The notes below the pieces were generated by a model, which was not told where the DNA came from, ran no database searches, and worked only from the letters and a program-made list of their open reading frames with translations. Shown piece by piece: positions 60,801 to 64,000 of a DNA stretch of 64,000 nt. The stretch comes from Bilabrum cf. latius (Eukaryota). The stretch covers positions 1 to 64,000 of the forward strand of contig OZ237753.1 of the NCBI GenBank assembly GCA_965178125.1, written 5' to 3'. A program made the translations under genes and the position numbers. Within the stretch, counting starts at the first letter, position 1; every line of letters starts with the position of its first letter.

Positions 60801-63800
60801 CGCAGCTGCGACACGTCGTCCCGCGCACGGATGCATTGCACTGCGGACTGCAGGGCACCCCCAAGGCCACGGTCCACCATGCGGGCGGCCACCCCGTCCG
60901 ACGCGCACAGCGCCACCAGCAGCGACAGCGACGCCCGCACACTCGGCTCGTGCCCGCTCTGGAGCTGCCGCAGCACGGTGGGCAGCAGCTGGGAGTCGGC
61001 CAGCACCGCCAGCCGGCTCGTCGTGCCTGCCCCCAGGGCTGCCCCCGAGTCGGGGACAGACCCCTGCGGCCCCGCCCTCGCCCTCACTGCCTCCCTCTCA
61101 CGGACCTTGTCCTGGTCTTGCTGCGTGGAGCTCGCCCCGCCGGCTGCCGCGTCGTACGGCTGCATGGCCAGCGCCTTGTACGTCCGCACCGCGACGGCGT
61201 CCTCTTCTTGTGTTCCCTGGTCCCCGCCGGCCCCCGAGGCCCCTTCCTCCACGGCAGAGGGCAGCAGCGCAGAGGCGGCCGCGATGGGGTCACTCGCGTC
61301 CGGCTGGCCCGTCCCTTGGATGCCGCCGGAGCACAGGACGGCAAGCAGCTCCATGGCACTCGCCATCGCCGCCCGGCCTGCCGGCCCGTCCGTGGCCGAC
61401 GCGGCCGCTACCACCTCTGCAGCGACGTCTGCGCCCTCACCCGCCGCCGCCAGCACGGCGGCCTGCTGCGCCGAGGCCTCCATGGCCACGAGCAGCCGGC
61501 CGACCGCCTCTGCCACCTGCCGCACCTTCCCGCCGGTTGATTGCCACACGGCCATGCGGGCGGGCGCGGCCCGCAGCATCCCCCTTGTTCCCTGGATAAG
61601 CCCAAAGGCCGCTTCCACCGCCGCGGTGGCCTCCTCCCGGGCAGCCACCAGCTCCCCCGAGCCCCTTGCTGCGGCTGCGCTGCCGTACGCAGAGAGCCCA
61701 TCTCTGGGCCTCCCGCTCAGGGGCATGGCAAGGGCCTTGAGCGCCCCCAGGAGGCACGGCAGCAGCACGTCGGAGAGCTGAGCGTGGATGCCCTGGCCCG
61801 CCCCGGGGAGACCGGCCGCTAGCGCCGCCCCGGCCCGACGCACCGCCCCCGCGAGACCCAGCCTGGCGTCCGAGGCTGGGGTGTTGCCCGCCCCCGCAGA
61901 CACCAGCTGCAGGCTGGTGGAGAGGCGCCCGGGCGAGATCCCGGCGGCGCTGCCTCCCGCCAGCGCGTCGATCGCTGCTCTCTGCTGCTGGGTCTCTCGC
62001 AGGGCCACCGCATGCCTGGTTTCCCCCTTGCGGCCGGCCACCACCACGAGAGCGTCCACCAGGGCCAGTGGGCTGCTGGCCACGGCCAGGCCGAGCCCGG
62101 CCCCGCCTGCCTCTCCGTGGTCACCCGACAGGCTCGTGAGGCACTGTGCCGCGCCGGCAACCAGCGATCGGAGCCGCCCGCACGCCTCGGGGTGTCCCCC
62201 CGTCACGCTGGCCCCAGCCACGGCGTCTGCACCGCCCATCTGCGCCAGCAGCCGAAGCACCACCTCGGGCGTGTGGACCTCCACCAGCCTGGCCCGACAG
62301 GCCCCGGAGGCCAGCGCGGCGGCCCCGACGAGCCCGAGGCACTGCTGCACCGCGAGGAACCTCCACCGGCACATGGACTCGTCCTCCGCACGCACCGCCA
62401 TCTGCAGAGGCCCGTCTGTGGGCGGCAGCGCAGTGGACCTGGAGGCCTGCTTGCCCTCGGAATCCAGGGCGCCTGACCTGCCCGTGTCCCCGTACGAGAC
62501 ACCAGCCAGCCGCTGTGCATGCCCCGCAGGGATCTCGCGGGAGAGCGCCGGCACACCGGCCAGCTCCGCCAGCCGCGGCAGGTCGGCCAGGTTGCAGTAC
62601 TCGTACACGAGCCTCGAGGCGGCCGCCAGCGCCATCCCTCGGCTGATCGCTTCCTGCCCCGCCTCGTGCTCGCAGAGGGCACGCAGGCACCTGGACGCCC
62701 ACAGGGTCTGCTCCAGGGCCTGCGGGGTCACGGCCCCAAGCCCCTGCGCGTTGCAGTACCTGGCCATCGCGTCCAGCACGCCGGTGCAGGCCTCCACCGC
62801 GCCCGCCCGCAGCATGGCCGCCGCGTGCCGCTGGGAGGCCATCGTGGCCGCCTGCCCTTGGGCGATGAGGGCACAGCGCATGCACCGCATGGCCTCCACG
62901 ACCAAAGAGTGCCGCCCCGGCGTGCTCACGTGGCCGGTCAGCAGTGCCACCGACTGCCTGAGGCTGCCCAGCGGGAGCGGCTGGCCGGTCAGCGACACGC
63001 CGCCCGAGGCCGCAGCGGCGGCGGTCCCCAGCTCATCAGGGGACGCTGGACCCAGCCGTCCGTTGGTCACGTCGCGGGCCAGCGACGCCACGGCCGCCAG
63101 CTGTTCCCCGATCTGGGCCGTCTGCATGTCTCTGCAGCACAGCAGGCAGGAGCAGTAGGCGCGCGCTAGAGTCGCACGCACCGCGTCGATGGCGAGACCT
63201 TCCTCCGTCTTCTCGCGGCCCTCTGCCGGTGCACGCGTGGCGCTGAGCATCGCCAGCTGCTGGCAAATGGCCGGCCCCACCTGCTTTGCGAACATGGCGC
63301 TCTGCGTGTTCTGCAGCAGCACCAGCGGCACGCCCGCGGGAATGGCGCTCTCGTCGCCAAGCTCGGAGAACAGTGGGAGAGGGGCCGTGGCGGATGCGGC
63401 GCTGGCAGCGCTGGCCGCCTGCCCTGCCGCTGCACCGCCCCCCGCACCTGCCCCCGCCCCCGCCCCGCCGGCCATTGCCAGACTCTCCCGCATGGCATGG
63501 GCCATCGCGGCGTCCCCGAACATGGCGGCGTGCAGCTGCTGTTGCTGCTGCTGTTGCCCGAGCCCGACACCCGTGCCTGTGCCTGCTCCAGGCCCCCCCC
63601 CTCGAGACACGGCCGCCTCCGGGGGAGTGGCCCCTTCCAGCTCGAGCTGGAGCGCGTGCCTGGCATACCCCGGCAGCCCCTGCCTGCCCCCAGGGGGCCC
63701 GATCGGCATGAGCGTGCCGTCGTCCGTCTGCAGGCCCCACAGGACGAGCGAATTCACGGCTGCGCCGGCCATCGCTACCAGCGGCGTGCACTCGTCACCC

Positions 63801-64000
63801 TCCTGCAGCAGCTGTGCCTGCAGCGCACCCACCACCCCGCTTTTCACCACGGCAGAGTCGAAGTCCTGGGACAGCAGCTGGTGCACCGCCGCAACCTCCC
63901 TGGGCCCGCTCCTGCGATCAGCCGCCTTCATCTGCGACTGAGCCGAGGCGTTGGCCTGGTACGCCAGGGAACAAGCGCATGCGAGCCGCATGCCCACCAT
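54833..64000 (-). CDS. Very large (>3000 aa, 5' end beyond window) ARM/HEAT-repeat protein with C-terminal RanBP2/NZF zinc finger
   Basis: ORFs 60713, 58511, 56615, 55088 and 54833 are in one frame separated only by TAG. ARM-like helices (AGAVEAC, EAGALGPLVLLL, GVQTLVGLL); DAAFAREMQ ubiquitin-binding-like motif; WSCKHCTMNN....CSIC. Ends TGA. Confidence 0.8.

Noticed and set aside
51778-63941. Long antisense or alternate-frame ORFs overlapping the IQ and ARM genes
   Set aside because: Shadow ORFs expected in high-GC coding DNA; no independent motifs.
3206-64000. Pseudogene interpretation of TAG-interrupted genes
   Set aside because: Interruptions are exclusively TAG, with no frameshifts or TAA/TGA, in essential genes and at conserved Gln sites.

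Overview
Left end of a linear eukaryotic (protist-like, possibly stramenopile) nuclear chromosome. It begins with a compound telomere: (CCCTAA)n, a ~154-bp tandem array, a short linker, a second perfect ~760-bp (CCCTAA)n array and a 53-bp G-rich tandem array. A very compact gene-dense arm follows, with about 28 protein genes, short GT(GC)-AG introns and many head-to-head gene pairs. The main result is a non-standard nuclear genetic code. In-frame TAG codons occur in most genes, repeatedly at conserved Gln positions (RPT3, PSMA2, COPZ, TMEM184) and inside Q/QG repeats, while every gene I could trace ends in TAA or TGA. So UAG=Gln with UAA and UGA as stops, and the supplied standard-code ORF track fragments most genes. 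Other points of interest: a bacterial-type PL8 polysaccharide lyase near an internally duplicated UxaA-family dehydratase, a GST-like/ProX fusion, a Pex14-PUB fusion, a degenerate PPIL4 cyclophilin, a variant myotubularin active site, a probable GC-AG intron and a ~1.8-kb AT-rich gene-free island. Gene models were read by eye with TAG=Q; no searches were run.
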